A stretch of 40,801 nt of DNA from Octopus bimaculoides (lineage: Eukaryota). Below are positions 23,574-34,961 of this stretch, piece after piece. A program made the translations under genes and the position numbers. How positions within the stretch are numbered: the first letter of the stretch is position 1; each line of letters starts with the position of its first letter. The DNA lies in NCBI RefSeq assembly GCF_001194135.2, contig NC_068987.1, positions 104,413,003 through 104,453,803 on the forward strand, written 5' to 3'. The notes beneath the pieces were generated by a model that was not told where the DNA came from, made no database searches, and saw nothing but the letters and a program-made list of their open reading frames with translations.

Positions 23574-24031
23574 CTCATCTTTCCCCCTTCTCCCCTCCTC
23601 ATCAACATCTCGTTTACTCAATCTACACCACCATATATCTATGTCTCTCATCTCCAGGCTTTTCCATTTCTTCTAATACTTCTTTATATGACATCATCAG
23701 CGATAATATATATTTTTTTATAATACAAATATGATGAAATATTTATAGGACAACCGTGTTGGCTCAGTCAGTTTATAACGGTACAAAGAGTTCGACAACT
23801 CCCAAGTCCCCTCATTTATACTTGGAACGATATGACGTTTATGTGTCTGACGTCATCAAAATATGCAGCAGTTAGATTTTCGGGTTGAGCACATTACACT
23901 GAAATAGCTTTTAGAAGCTAAGCAAAACAATTCAATATTCATAATTTGTTTCATGGGGTTGAGGTAAGGGGTTGAGAGCTGAATGAACTCTTCAACACCT
24001 TCTTGTTCGGTACCAATATTTTCCGAGTTTA

Positions 24032-24246
24032 AGCGTGAGCTAGCAGAAACGTTAAAATGCTGGGCGGAATGCTTAGCGGTGTTTCGCCCGTCTTCAAGTT
24101 TTGAATTCAAATTCCGCCGAAGCCGACTTTGTCTTTCATTCTTTCGGAGTTGATAAAATAAGTACCAGTTGAGTAATGCGATCGATGTAATCGGCTATCG
24201 CCCTCCCCCAAATTTCAGGCATTGTGCCTATAGTAGAAAGGGTTAT
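24032..24246 (+). mobile_element. SINE family B, full length, diverged
   Basis: gtgagctagcagaaacgtt...ttcaaattccgccgaagccgac...ttgtgcctatagtagaaagggttatt. Confidence 0.9.
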
Positions 24247-24677
24247 TCTGAAACCTTATTAGCAAACCTTAGTCTAATCCATATACTTTTTGTCAATGAA
24301 CACTGAGCACTCTGGTAACAAAAATAAAACCAGAGAAAAATGTCGAAAAGCGTCTACTACATGGAAACTTAATGGTGAAATAGGTACTATGAAATTTTAA
24401 TTAAAACGACACTCATAAAAACGAGTACAAATAATTATCTAAATCAAAAATTTCGGACGAAAGAAAAAGAAAACCCGTTACCATTAAGTTTCTATGCCGT
24501 AGGTGTGAAGTTCATGGATGTATTTAACCTATAAGTAAACAGTATTATTTATGATCTCATGCAAATGTTTTCTCTGCTCCTGTAAAATTTTGGTAGAGAT
24601 ACAAGAAATGTATTTATTTCACTCTTCCAGTTATGCTCTGTATTAATCTAACTTGCAACTGGGATGATTGCATCTGT

Positions 24678-24988
24678 CTGCGGTTTCGATTCCCAGACGG
24701 GCGTTGTGAGTGAAAACACCTAAAGCTCCACAAGGCTCCGGCAGGGGATGGTGGCGAACCCTGCTGTACTCTTTCACCACGACTCACTCTTACTTCTTGT
24801 TTCTGTTGTGCCTGTAATTCAAAGGGTCAGCCTTGTCACACTCTGTGTCACGCTGAATATCCCCGAGAACTACGTTAAGGGTACACGTGTCTGTGGAGTG
24901 CTCAGCCACTTGCACGTTAATTTCACGAGTAGGCTGTTCCGTTGATCGGATCAACTGGAACCCTCGTCGTCGTAAGCGACGGAGTGCC
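24678..24988 (+). mobile_element. SINE family C, head H2 (5'-truncated) + tail T1
   Basis: cggtttcgattcccagacgggcg...aaagctccacaaggctccggcagggg followed by the full T1 tail ending cctcgtcgtcgtaagcgacggagtgcc. Confidence 0.92.
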
Positions 24989-25315
24989 TACAATAGTTAG
25001 ACTTCTACAAATGAAAAGAGGACATATTAATATTCGAGGCAGTTGTTAGTGACTTCAGTTTCATTTTTTTCTTTTACAGTTTAGAAGGAATAAAAAAGCA
25101 CTGGGGCGCATTAGCCGCTCATCAATTTCAACAGCGCATGAGAAAATTTCTCAACGCATTAAAGGGACGAAATATTTAAAGCAACTTCGCATGCAAGACT
25201 TGGGTGATTTTCTTCTGGGATTATTAGTGTGGAAAAATTACATCCTATGCCATCAAATACGATATTCACTCATTGAAATAGTTCAGTAGCGTTCAAAAGA
25301 CAAGTAACATAAAAA

Positions 25316-25456
25316 CGTATGTATGTATGTATGTATGTCTGTATGTATGTATGTATGTATGTACGTAATACATACGTATATATGTGTACGAGCGTGTGTA
25401 TGCATGTATGTATGTATGTATGTATGTATGTATGTATGTATGTATGTATGTATGTG
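25316..25456. repeat. (TATG)n microsatellite
   Basis: Direct reading. Confidence 0.95.
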
Positions 25457-26804
25457 CAATATCTAGTTCGTCAAGTGAGTAATTCTAGAAGTTGTATTTC
25501 GACGTAATAATACAAATAAAATTAGTTATGAGTGTGGACATAAGATCTCATAAATATGCTTGTAATTCATGAACTCGGCACAAATGCATTGATTTCTAGA
25601 TGTGTAGAACAATTTGTGTTACTGATACCCATGCCATGCTCTTTTCAGTGTATTCTCCATGAATTGTCATTGCTGTCAAGTTTAGGTCGGTTGAATGACA
25701 TCAACACCATAAACTGCTAAACAGACAGAAAGTTATTGCAATGCTTGTTAATAGCCGAGCTAATGAATAAAACAAACTTGCACTGGAAAGTACAAACGGA
25801 GAATAAACATTAAAGAACAATGCCTTATAGTTGTCCTGCAACGCCCTCAGGTAATTTGATAGTCTCAGCCAGGCTCACAGGATTCCTTTACTTTTTAGCT
25901 GAAGTGTAGAATAAAAACGCGAGTTTACTTTAGCTGTGTTGTAAATGTGTCAAGCGCTGTGAAGATGGAGTTTATCTCCTAATAAACCTGATGTACCTCC
26001 CTATTTAATTTATAGCAGCAATTTCACTCTAAGACTTAACTACCAATGGCTTAGAAAAAATGTTTACGTCGCAGTTCTTATTACCTCTAATTCCGAAGTA
26101 AATAATAAAAGAAAAGACTATCGATATTTTAGATAGATATCTTTGATTATGATAAAGTAAATAACGCCACAACAGATATTTTTATAGTTTTCGTTCTCCC
26201 TTTATCTCGCTATATCCATTGATTTAACTTTCTCCCTCTTCTCTTTAATTTCCCCTCTGTCTATACACATTCATCTATATACGTACAAATCAGCGTCTCT
26301 TTAAATGTACCTTTTAATGATGTAACCATACTTATTCCCTAAATACTCACATCTATCACTCCACAACTGCTCCTCACTCTGTTCTTAAATGTTATACTTT
26401 ATTCCTTTCTCAACCGTGTTTCGTCTTCCGTTGTTCTTTTTCTTTATCAAAATCTTAAACTATCCACTTACCTTAGGTTTACATGGCAAGCGAAATATCA
26501 GTTGGTATCAAATGTTTCAAGTCACTCCACATGAAAAATGTTTCATTTATAATTCTTGAGGTTAGCATTTACAAAAACATCCGCATTCTTAGAGGAAACA
26601 CAATACTTGACTTGAGAATTATTTGGAATGTTTTCAGTGTTGCAAAAGCTTCCAAACAGTGAAAAAAGTAAGTGAAATTAAGATTACTAATAAAACTAAG
26701 AAATAACATTACCAGCAGAGAGGAATTATGGATGACATTAGTGAATGATAGAATGGTGAAACAGCAGAATAGAGAGTCAGACGATATGATTTGCGACATT
26801 TGGT

Positions 26805-26885
26805 CCGGCTGTAAACGTTCCGAGCTCAAATCTCACCACAAACAGTTTTGTCTTTCATCCTTTTGGAGTTGATAAAGCAAAGTCA
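26805..26885 (+). mobile_element. Diverged SINE family B fragment
   Basis: taaacgttccgagctcaaatctc...tttgtctttcatccttttggagttgataaa. Confidence 0.45.
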
Positions 26886-27267
26886 TTCCAGAGCAAAATG
26901 CTTCCATATGTTGTTAAAGAATGTCTGGAGGAAGTCAGCGGGAGAACACATGAGGCATAAAACGGTCACCAGAGAGGAAAATTTATTTCTAAAATTTAGC
27001 GGCGTAAAAATACAACAGAAAAAGAAAATTTGCAATAGACAGAATGTGACTAAAACATAACAGGTAAAAGACAGATGAGAGACATCGTTGTTGAAATGTT
27101 TAGTTTTCTGCCATTAAAAATTGTGCAGTGGGGAATGTGAATGAAAAATGAATAGTAGAAAATACGAACAAAAGCACGAGGAACGCGCGAATGGGGAAAT
27201 AGGAGAGAACGACAGAGACAAAACTTGGCAGAGACAAAAGTAGCGATTTCTATTGCTTGACCTAGAT

Positions 27268-27560
27268 CCCAGTAAAGGTTCTCGGAGTCTTGTTCGGATT
27301 AGATTTACAGAGGGAAGAGGTGGTGAGCAGGGTAGCCAATCTCACTTAGAAATGGGACGAGAAGTTGTTTCTGAAACGTTGGGCAGAAGTACCTAGTGCC
27401 TACATCTTCTCTGAAGTGTAACTATCGGCTGATTGTATTTTATCCTAAGAAACATATGAGCATGCCTTCCCGGTCTTTTTGGAGTGGACAAATTCTGTGG
27501 CCGTGGTGATTTTGGTCTATGGGATTCCTTGATCAGCCCTAGTAGGAGGCTCCCATATAT
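27268..27560 (+). mobile_element. Decayed L1/Tx1-clade LINE fragment (post-RT region)
   Basis: PVKVLGVLFGLDLQREEVVSRVANLT*KWDEKLFLKRWAEVPSAYIFS..MPSRSFWSG resembles the L1/Tx1 KxLGV..SRV..L..W..R.LSLKGRA.V...F.W segment. By-eye match. Confidence 0.5.
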
Positions 27561-27740
27561 CAGGAGGGCTGTATCATTCATGTATCCACATATTTTGTAT
27601 GCTCTCTTTTCTTATTTCTACATCCTAGGTTTGTTGCATGACTTAACTATGAATTTCTTGCCTTTCTATTTTCTTGTCCTGATGCTCTTCCTTCTGCTCT
27701 TGAATTTGTATGAGGAAAACAGAGGAGGAAGAAACGAGAT

Positions 27741-28156
27741 GAGTGGCTGTGTGGTAAGTAGCTTACTTACCAACAACGTGGTTCCGGGTTCAGTCCCACT
27801 GCGTGGCATCTTGGGCAAGTGTCTTCTACTATAGCCTTGGGCCGACCAAAGCCTTGTGAGTGGATTTGGTAGACGGAAACTGAAAGAAGTCCGTCGTATA
27901 TGTGTATATGTATATATGTGTATGTTTGTGTATATGTTTGTATGTCTGTGTTTGTCCCCCCAACATCGCTTGACAACCGATGGTGGTGTGTTTACGTCCC
28001 CGTAACTTAGCGGTTCGGCAAAAATTAACCGATAGAATAAGTACTAGGCTTACAAAGAATAAGTCCTGGTGTCGATTTGCTCGACTAAAGGCGGTGCTCC
28101 AGCATGGCCGCAGTCAAATGCCTGAAACAAGTAAAAGAGTAAAAGAGTAAAAGAGT
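27741..28156 (+). mobile_element. SINE family A, full length
   Basis: A-box-like gtggctgtgtggtaag, B-box-like gggttcagtccc, core-like cttgggcaagtgtctt, internal (TA/TG) tract, tail (TAAAAGAG)x3. Confidence 0.95.
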
Positions 28157-28884
28157 AGTGGAACATTTTAGGTTTCCTCAAGAATATAAGATGCCAACTT
28201 TGTACAACTCAAGTATATAGATTCAACTCTACTGGTTTTGAATCTTTTCTTATGTACTCCTATTATAATACAGATGTCATTCATTCCCATACTCCAAACT
28301 TTTCTCTGTGAGGGAATAAACTTGATGATGTAATGACATTTTTGACCAACCTAACTAATAAATTGTCTGAGAGGAAGACATCCCTGAAATATTGGACGGA
28401 TGTGACGAATGTCTGCAACACGTCGGTGATGCGTCGCCGTCTTTACACCGCATCTTGTGCCAAAGAATAATTGACATTAGAACGTCAGCTCTTATTATAA
28501 AAATTGGTTCCTCAGATCGTATGATCCATCTGTTGCTAACGCTCGCTCTTAGATGAGGTTTCATTGCACTGTCCCTGATGATATGTAGATATACTCTGAG
28601 TCTGTAAAATCCATAAAGATTTACTGGGAAAGGATCAAGTGCAGTCGTTGTTTGTGTAACATACTCTCTTTCCTGATCAACACTTTAATGGGGCTGCAGT
28701 GCAATGGCATTCGCTGATACAAGATAAGAACTTGCCATCTGAAGTATCGTCTTCTACAAATTGGGGAGCACGATCGGTAGAGCGTCCATTCTTGTATTCT
28801 GCAAGAAGTTTATAGAAGGCATCTTCTTAGAAATACTCTGGGCATTTTATGATAGGCTTTTATTTTAAGGATTTATTTTATGTA

Positions 28885-29250
28885 TCATCTTTTATTTGTT
28901 TCAGTTGTAGAGTTTAGACGAATAAATCCACTCCAGTTATGTACTTATATTTCAAAGTCTGCAACTCATTCTATCAGTCTCTTTTGCCAAACCGTTAGTT
29001 ACGGGTATTTAAACAAACTAACACCGGTTGTCAAGCGGTATGGGGGACAACAGCAAGCACAAAGATACACACACACACACACCGATATATACATATATAG
29101 ACGTGCGTCCACACAGTTTCCATCTACCAAATTCACACACAAAGAATTGCCCGGTCTGAGGCTATAGTAGACGACAATGTGTTGCGCACTGGAACTGAAC
29201 CCGAAAGTACTTGATTGCAAAGCGAGCTTCTTTACCATTCGGCTATGCCT
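28885..29250 (-). mobile_element. Old diverged SINE family A
   Basis: ctcattctatcagtctcttttgccaaaccgttagttacggg...ttgtcaagcgg...tttccatctaccaaattcac...gaggctatagtag...gaactgaacccg. Confidence 0.75.
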
Positions 29251-29485
29251 AATGGAAAATTCCTCAAATTCTTTGGCCTAGCTTGGCTGTTTAACATGAT
29301 TTCAGTTACGATGACTCGGATATGTTCAACAATGACCAAACTTTCTTATATAAGTTTGTTCGGTGCCCCTGGATGTCTCGTCTGGGAATGTTTGTAGAGC
29401 TGCTGCTGCTGCTGCTGCTGCATGTAGGGTGGATCCGTCGAAATCCTTATCAACTCATTTAAATAACCCTTCACAATAAAAGTGA

Positions 29486-29521
29486 ATATAAATAGGGAGT
29501 ACTATATAAATAGGGAGTACT
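29486..29521. repeat. Exact 18-bp tandem duplication
   Basis: atataaatagggagtact x2. Confidence 0.9.
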
Positions 29522-29689
29522 ATATTCCATTAAATGCTATCTAAGTTGCTTGAGTACAGCGAATTTGTAGTGAAGGAAAGGACCAATCCTTGAGTATTCT
29601 CATGTTGGTTAGATCCACAAGTAGGCATATGCTGGAGAAGAGGATCACGGGGTTTTTTGGGTAAGTCTAAGATCCCTTAATCACTAACT

Positions 29690-30574
29690 AACACTCGCCC
29701 ATATCAACTGCAGCAGGTGCATCGCACAAAATTTGTGCAACAAGCGAGTCGTAAGATGGGAATTTCAAAATCAGGTGTCCATCGTATTTTGAAGGGCTGT
29801 GATAGTAAAAGTTATATTCAAAGAATAGTCCAAGCTCTCAATGAAAATAATGGAAATCAGAGAACGAAGTTTTACGAGTGATATTTGGCAAGATATGTAG
29901 AAGATTGCTTGGAGTGATGAGACTACATGTAAATTAAATGGCTCAATTAGCGTTTTTAACTGAGCATACCGGAGACCGCATACTGCCGAGGAACATAATG
30001 TTAATTTAGGAGTAATTAGTGTAATTTATCATCAAATGGATTAATTGAAATATTCGTTTTGACGGTACAGTGACTGGCCCCATTCACTTGCTGCGACAAC
30101 TTGTCATGCTATGTATTCAAGAGGACTCTGAAGAGGTGGAACACCCAACACTACCACAGCAATGTAAGGGCCTGAATTGATGAAATTTTACCAAATGGGT
30201 GGATTGGACGAACAGATTCAGTAGAATGCACTCCACGTTCACCAAACTTCATATCACAAGGCATTTTTATGGGGATGCTTAAAGGATAAAGCTTACGTTA
30301 CAAAACTGGCAGCAGTCGATGAATTGAGGGCAGCCGTTGGACGAGAATGCGCACAAACACTGAACGAAATATTTCTTGATGTTTGCGACTCCATTGCTTC
30401 GCATAATCAACAGTACCTGGACCAGAACAGTCATCAGTTCGAAAATACAGGTATTAACAAAATAAATAAAATTCTGTCTGTAGATCCTCTTAAGATTTAA
30501 AACTAATGTATTTTAATGAACATTGATTTTATTATGATTCAGTGTATGTATACATTTCTTTGGTATATCCTGCA
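29690..30574 (+). mobile_element. Decayed Tc1/mariner, rosa-like (about DD41D)
   Basis: ASRKMGISKSGVHRILK (HTH), IAWSDET (first D), HYHSNVRA*IDEILPNGWIGRTDSVECTPRSPN..FLWGCLKDKAY, HQFE. Spacing is about 41 but an indel lies near the second D. Possible right TIR tacatttctttggtatatcctgca (30551-30574). Confidence 0.7.
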
Positions 30575-30582
30575 TGTGTGTA

Positions 30583-30613
<31 letters not shown>

Positions 30614-30682
30614 ATGTATGTATGTATGTATGGATGGATGGATGGATGGATGGATTCATGCATGTATATATATATATATATA
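30575..30682. repeat. (TG)n/(TATG)n/(TGGA)n/(TA)n microsatellite
   Basis: Direct reading. Confidence 0.9.
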
Positions 30683-30846
30683 TTGACCGCTAGCTCTCTC
30701 TGTTTATTTCCTCGTGTCCCTATCTGTTGGAGAGCGTAGTCTCGAAACGTAAAAGACTTTCTCACCTTCCCGAGCGTTAAACTAATACACCTATTTGTTG
30801 TTTATACACCTGTCTTCGTCCTTTGTTTTTCTGTAAATTTTAACTA
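30683..30846 (+). mobile_element. Microsatellite-adjacent repeat with hammerhead-like motif (Penelope pLTR-like)
   Basis: ccctat-ctgttgga-gagcgtagtctc-gaaac-gta-aaagac (30718-30757): CUGANGA-like core, short stem II, GAAAC, then GUA. Confidence 0.45.
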
Positions 30847-30918
30847 AACCGTCCAACCCATGCCAGAGTGGACAACGGACTTTAAATGATCATGATCATG
30901 ATGGTAATATGTATTTAA

Positions 30919-30921
<3 letters not shown>

Positions 30922-30964
<43 letters not shown>

Positions 30965-31185
30965 GTTGTTGTATTGAGACAGCAATAAAATGAGTGAGAT
31001 AGAAGGTACAAACACTATGTGTACATCTATATGTGTGTGTGTGTGTATGTGTGTGTGTGTGTGTATGTGTGTATTTGTGTGTTTTGTGTGTGTGTGTGTT
31101 GTGTGTGTGTGTGTTGTGTGTGTGTGTGTGAGAGAGAGAGAGAGCCTATGTGTGTGTGTATTTGTGTGTGTGTGTACAGAGAGAG
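30922..31185. repeat. (TTA)n followed by degenerate (TG)n/(GA)n tracts
   Basis: Direct reading. Confidence 0.85.
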
Positions 31186-31603
31186 AAGGTGAACAGTAGA
31201 GGGGAAAGGAGTACCTATAGATATTTCTGTTTGTGGTAGAGATATAAGTTTAATAATCGTCTGTTTGAAAAGGCACTCAATTTTTTATAGCCGTGTCAAC
31301 AGTGTTATTGACAGCCGAGGAGAGAGGTGAGATGGGTGTCAATGGCTGTGGACTCTGCGAAAAGTGACGTCTGTTTCGTTCGGCTGCTCCAGTGCAGAAA
31401 AAACAAAAAGACAAAACCAAAAATAAATATAAGGGTAATGATTCGCCGAAGGAAAAAAATGAAAGAAAAAGAATTAAAAAAATATTAGAAAATGAGATAG
31501 AGAGAGAGCTGATTAAGCAGTTTAACAACGGGACATTGCCAACCCAGCAATAATAATGGTGCAGCGATTGAAAATGGATTAACGAAGGAGAAACATCAGC
31601 AAG

Positions 31604-31745
31604 AACAAGAAGAAGAACTACTACTACTACTACTACTACTATTACTACTACTACTACCACAACCACTACCACCACTGCCGCCGTCGCCGCCGCCGCTACT
31701 GCTGCTACTGCCACTACTACTACCACTACTACTACTACTACTACT

Positions 31746-31822
<77 letters not shown>

Positions 31823-31845
31823 GACCACCACCACCACCACTACCA
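31604..31845. repeat. Compound trinucleotide tract (AAG/CTA/CCA/GCC/GAC)n
   Basis: Direct reading; includes an uninterrupted (GAC)n run at about 31748-31820. Confidence 0.95.
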
Positions 31846-31847
31846 GA

Positions 31848-32945
31848 TATTTATATGTGCCAGGCAGCTAACCTCTATCATGGTACCTACTTTTGCCCCT
31901 CTGTCCCAAGCAACAATATCTGGCCTGTTATGGTTACATTTGACTGGAGTTTTGATGGGAATATTCCACCAGTATTCCTTGAGTTGGTGTTTATGAATGT
32001 ATCCCATAACAGAGGGATTTCCTAAGTTTATTTCAGGACAGTCTTTTTTGCGGATGGCATTGTAAATTGTTTTAGCAACAACATCGTGCGGCATAGGTGG
32101 GTAGTACCGTGACGACATTTCAAGGCAGCTGCTAATCACATGCGTGATGTCTTCCACAAAAACATGACACAGCCTACACATGCGGTTGCACCTTGGGATT
32201 ACAAGGTGTGTGCGTGTGTGTGTGTTGTGTGTGTGTGTGTGTGAGAGAGAGAGAGCTATGTGCGTCTGTGAGTTCACCAGGTACTTTGTGGCAATCTCCT
32301 GTTCCTGGATTGCAAACGCATGGCCTTCGAATTGTAACGTGATGTAGTGGTTTTGTGTCCAAGAAAGTTGGCTTCGTGTCAATTCTACTGTCTATTTCAA
32401 GCTTCCGGACAACATACCCATGCATGGTCTTTGTTTTCTTTTTGCATGCTGGGTGCTTTCCATCCAGGTCTTCTCTGAGGTAAGAGAGCCCAGCTGTTTT
32501 GTGGCTGTATAGGAGATCATCAGGAAGAGAGTATTTCATCAGGTGTTCACTGCCACCTCGTACAATGTTGCTCACTTCACTTTTCAGCACTGCATTAATA
32601 CATTTACTTTTGCTGCTGTTGTTTAGCAGGTGCTGCCTGAGTGATACCATACGGTATCCGAAGGCCGTCTGCACTGATCTCAGGCCTCTACTACCTTCAT
32701 TTCTTCTTAGGTAAAGCCTTTTAATATCACTATTCCTGTGGAAGTTCCCAATTGTTGTCAGGATTTGTGGGTTTTGATATCTATGGAGTGGATTTCCTCT
32801 ACAGACCAATCAAGTATCCCAAATGTTGGGATCAGCACTGCTACTGCAAATGCATTGTGGGATATTGTATTGTTGTAAAAGGAGAGTTGCGACTGCCATA
32901 TTTTCCTAAGTCTGGTGTAATATTCTCGGGTCACTCTATCTTTAT
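31848..32945 (-). mobile_element. Second R4/Dong-type LINE fragment (thumb, CCHC knuckle, RLE start)
   Basis: YYTRLRKIWQSQLS..NAFAVAVLIPTFGILDW..IDIKT, NFHRNSDIKRLYLRRNEGSRGL, FEGHAFAIQEQEIATK, CRLCHVFVEDITHVISSC, HNRPDIVAWD..MIEVSC (PD..D/E nuclease motif). A microsatellite interrupts it at 32205-32270. Confidence 0.9.
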
Positions 32946-33217
32946 TGTATGTATGTATGCATGCATGTATGTATGTATGAATGAATGTATGTGTGAATGA
33001 GTGAATGAATGAATATCTGCCGAGCATTTGCACACTGCTGAGAAGAGCGCAAGTCAGGTGGGCAAGATGCCTTATTAGAATAATGTTCCTTCGAATCAAT
33101 TTTACTCCATAGCATAGCTGGAAGGTGGGGGGGGGGGAAGCTATTTGCCTCTGGGTGACGCTTTTATTAGTTGGCATCTTTTAGTCTATTGTTGAAGCCC
33201 ATATAGGCTGTATTGAG

Positions 33218-33292
33218 GGATGGGGAGAAGGCTCGAACTCAACTGCCGCCCCGAGTGGTGTACTCTCAAGCAACACCACTGAGCTTACTTCC
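33218..33292 (-). other. tRNA-like relic (SINE head or tRNA pseudogene)
   Basis: Minus strand ggaagtaagctcagtggtg...gagttcgagcc: A-box and B-box-like motifs. Confidence 0.35.
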
Positions 33293-33311
33293 TTTAAAAA
33301 TTGTAAGCTAC

Positions 33312-33726
33312 TTTCTCTATCTCTTTTCTCTTTTACTTGTTTCAGTCATTTGACTGCGGCCATGCTGGAGCACCGCCTTTAGTCGAGCAAATCGACCCTA
33401 GGACTTAGTCTTTGGAAGCCTAGTACTTATTCTATCAGTCTCTTTTGCCGAACTGCTAAGTTACGGGGACGTAAACACACCAGCATCGGTTGTCAAGCGA
33501 TGTTAGAGGGACAAACACAGACACACAAGCATATACACACACAAGTATGTATATATACATATATACGACGGGCTTCTTTCAATTTCCGTCTACCAAATCC
33601 ACTCACAAGGCTTTGGTCGGCCCGAGGCTATAGTAGAAGACACTTGCCCAAGGTGCCACGCAGTGGAACTGAACCCGGAACCATGTTGGTAAGCAAGCTA
33701 CTTACCACATAGCCACTCCTGCGCCT
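33312..33726 (-). mobile_element. SINE family A, full length
   Basis: Reverse complement of the 27741-28156 consensus, ending ...cacatagccactcctgcgcc. Confidence 0.95.
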
Positions 33727-33729
33727 ATT

Positions 33730-34138
33730 TGGGTAAAATCTCAGAAATACCGAGACTGTTTTACAGCTAACTGGCGAAAGTCAAGCAAGCTCACAGTGGA
33801 CAGAAAAAGTTATTCAAAGACACACTCAAAGCCTTACTGCAAAGCTTTGAGATCAAGCCCGACACTTGGCAAACACAATCACAAGACCACCCTGCTTGGA
33901 AGTGATCAGAGGTGTCACTTTTCTTTGGAACAGAACACGATTGCAGGGCACGAAGTAAACTCGAACTACGCAAGTCCAGAACCAATTCCTTCCCTTCTGT
34001 TCTAAGAGACTGATAGTGCCCAACCTGCGGCAGAGTCTTCCGAGCATGCATCGGACAGATTGGCCACTGCCGGACACACCATGCTCCGTCTTTTCTCATC
34101 TGATGTCCTTGGTCAACGTCGTCAACGATGGATGAATT
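33730..34138 (+). mobile_element. RTE LINE 3' end (C-terminal C2H2-like knuckle plus 3' UTR)
   Basis: HSGQKKLFKDTLKALLQSFEIKPDTWQTQSQDHPAW...CPTCGRVFRACIGQIGHCRTH, then the RTE-type tail gatgtccttggtcaacgtcgtcaacgatggatgaa. Confidence 0.85.
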
Positions 34139-34651
34139 AATAATGCATGTGTGTGTGCGTGTGCGTGTGCGTGTGTGTGTGTGGGAGAGAGAGAGGGGGT
34201 GGAAATAATGAGCAAATCAATGAACTTCGTCTAATTATCTGCAATTAAAGAGAGAATTGCAAGTAATTTTATAGCACACCCGCACTGCAGTTCTATGGGA
34301 AGAGTTATTTCCCTTACATTTTAATTCGCAGCTCATGTAAACAAAATTAATGCTTTAATGCGATTGACTGTCATATAAACTTAGTTAATCAACTTGAATA
34401 ATGATTATAATAATTAGCAATGCCCTTGGTATATTATGGAAACTGCAAGATGGTTGGAAGTTTATCGAGAACCACGAAATATATAGTTATTGTTTGAAAT
34501 TGAATTTCTTCGTAACATTTCGCTCAGTAGATGATGATGCTAGGAGACAAAAATTGCTGAATGCTGCACTTCTTGTTAAACATTTGTCATCTCTTCCACC
34601 TCGAAAGTTGTTATTTTCTCCTTTGTGTAATCTTAACTATGTGATGCAGAA

Positions 34652-34855
34652 TTGAGAGCTTGGTTGGATCAATTTTTCGGGTCAAAATCGGGTGATTTCT
34701 ACCAACGAGGTATTGAAAATCTTGTTGAACGTTGGGAAGAAGTTGTAAACAACAAGGGTGAATACATTATTGATTGATTAGTTGTTTTTTTTTTATTAAA
34801 CCTTTAAAAAAAATTTAATTTAAAAAACGGCGGGAACTTAGTTGCCAACGTAATA
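34652..34855 (+). mobile_element. mariner transposase C-terminus plus right TIR
   Basis: LRAWLDQFFGSKSGDFYQRGIENLVERWEEVVNNKGEYIID*, then acggcgggaacttagttgccaacgtaaTA. Confidence 0.85.
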
Positions 34856-34894
34856 CAAACAAATGTTTTATTTCAAAATTTCCCATGTGCATAT

Positions 34895-34961
34895 ATGAAG
34901 TCCACAGATGATAAGATAGCTCTCAGGGGGTCCACAAACAAAATAAGGCTGGGAACCCCTG
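34895..34961. mobile_element. hAT-type MITE end
   Basis: ...ggggtccacaaacaaaataaggctgggaacccctg; reverse complement begins CAGGGGTTCCCA, a hAT-style terminus. Partner end not found. Confidence 0.45.

Noticed and set aside
15635-33726. Dispersed near-identical repeats as a CRISPR array or functional tRNA genes
   Set aside because: They are irregularly spaced SINE copies on both strands with bodies and tails; no repeat-spacer periodicity and no intact cloverleaf.
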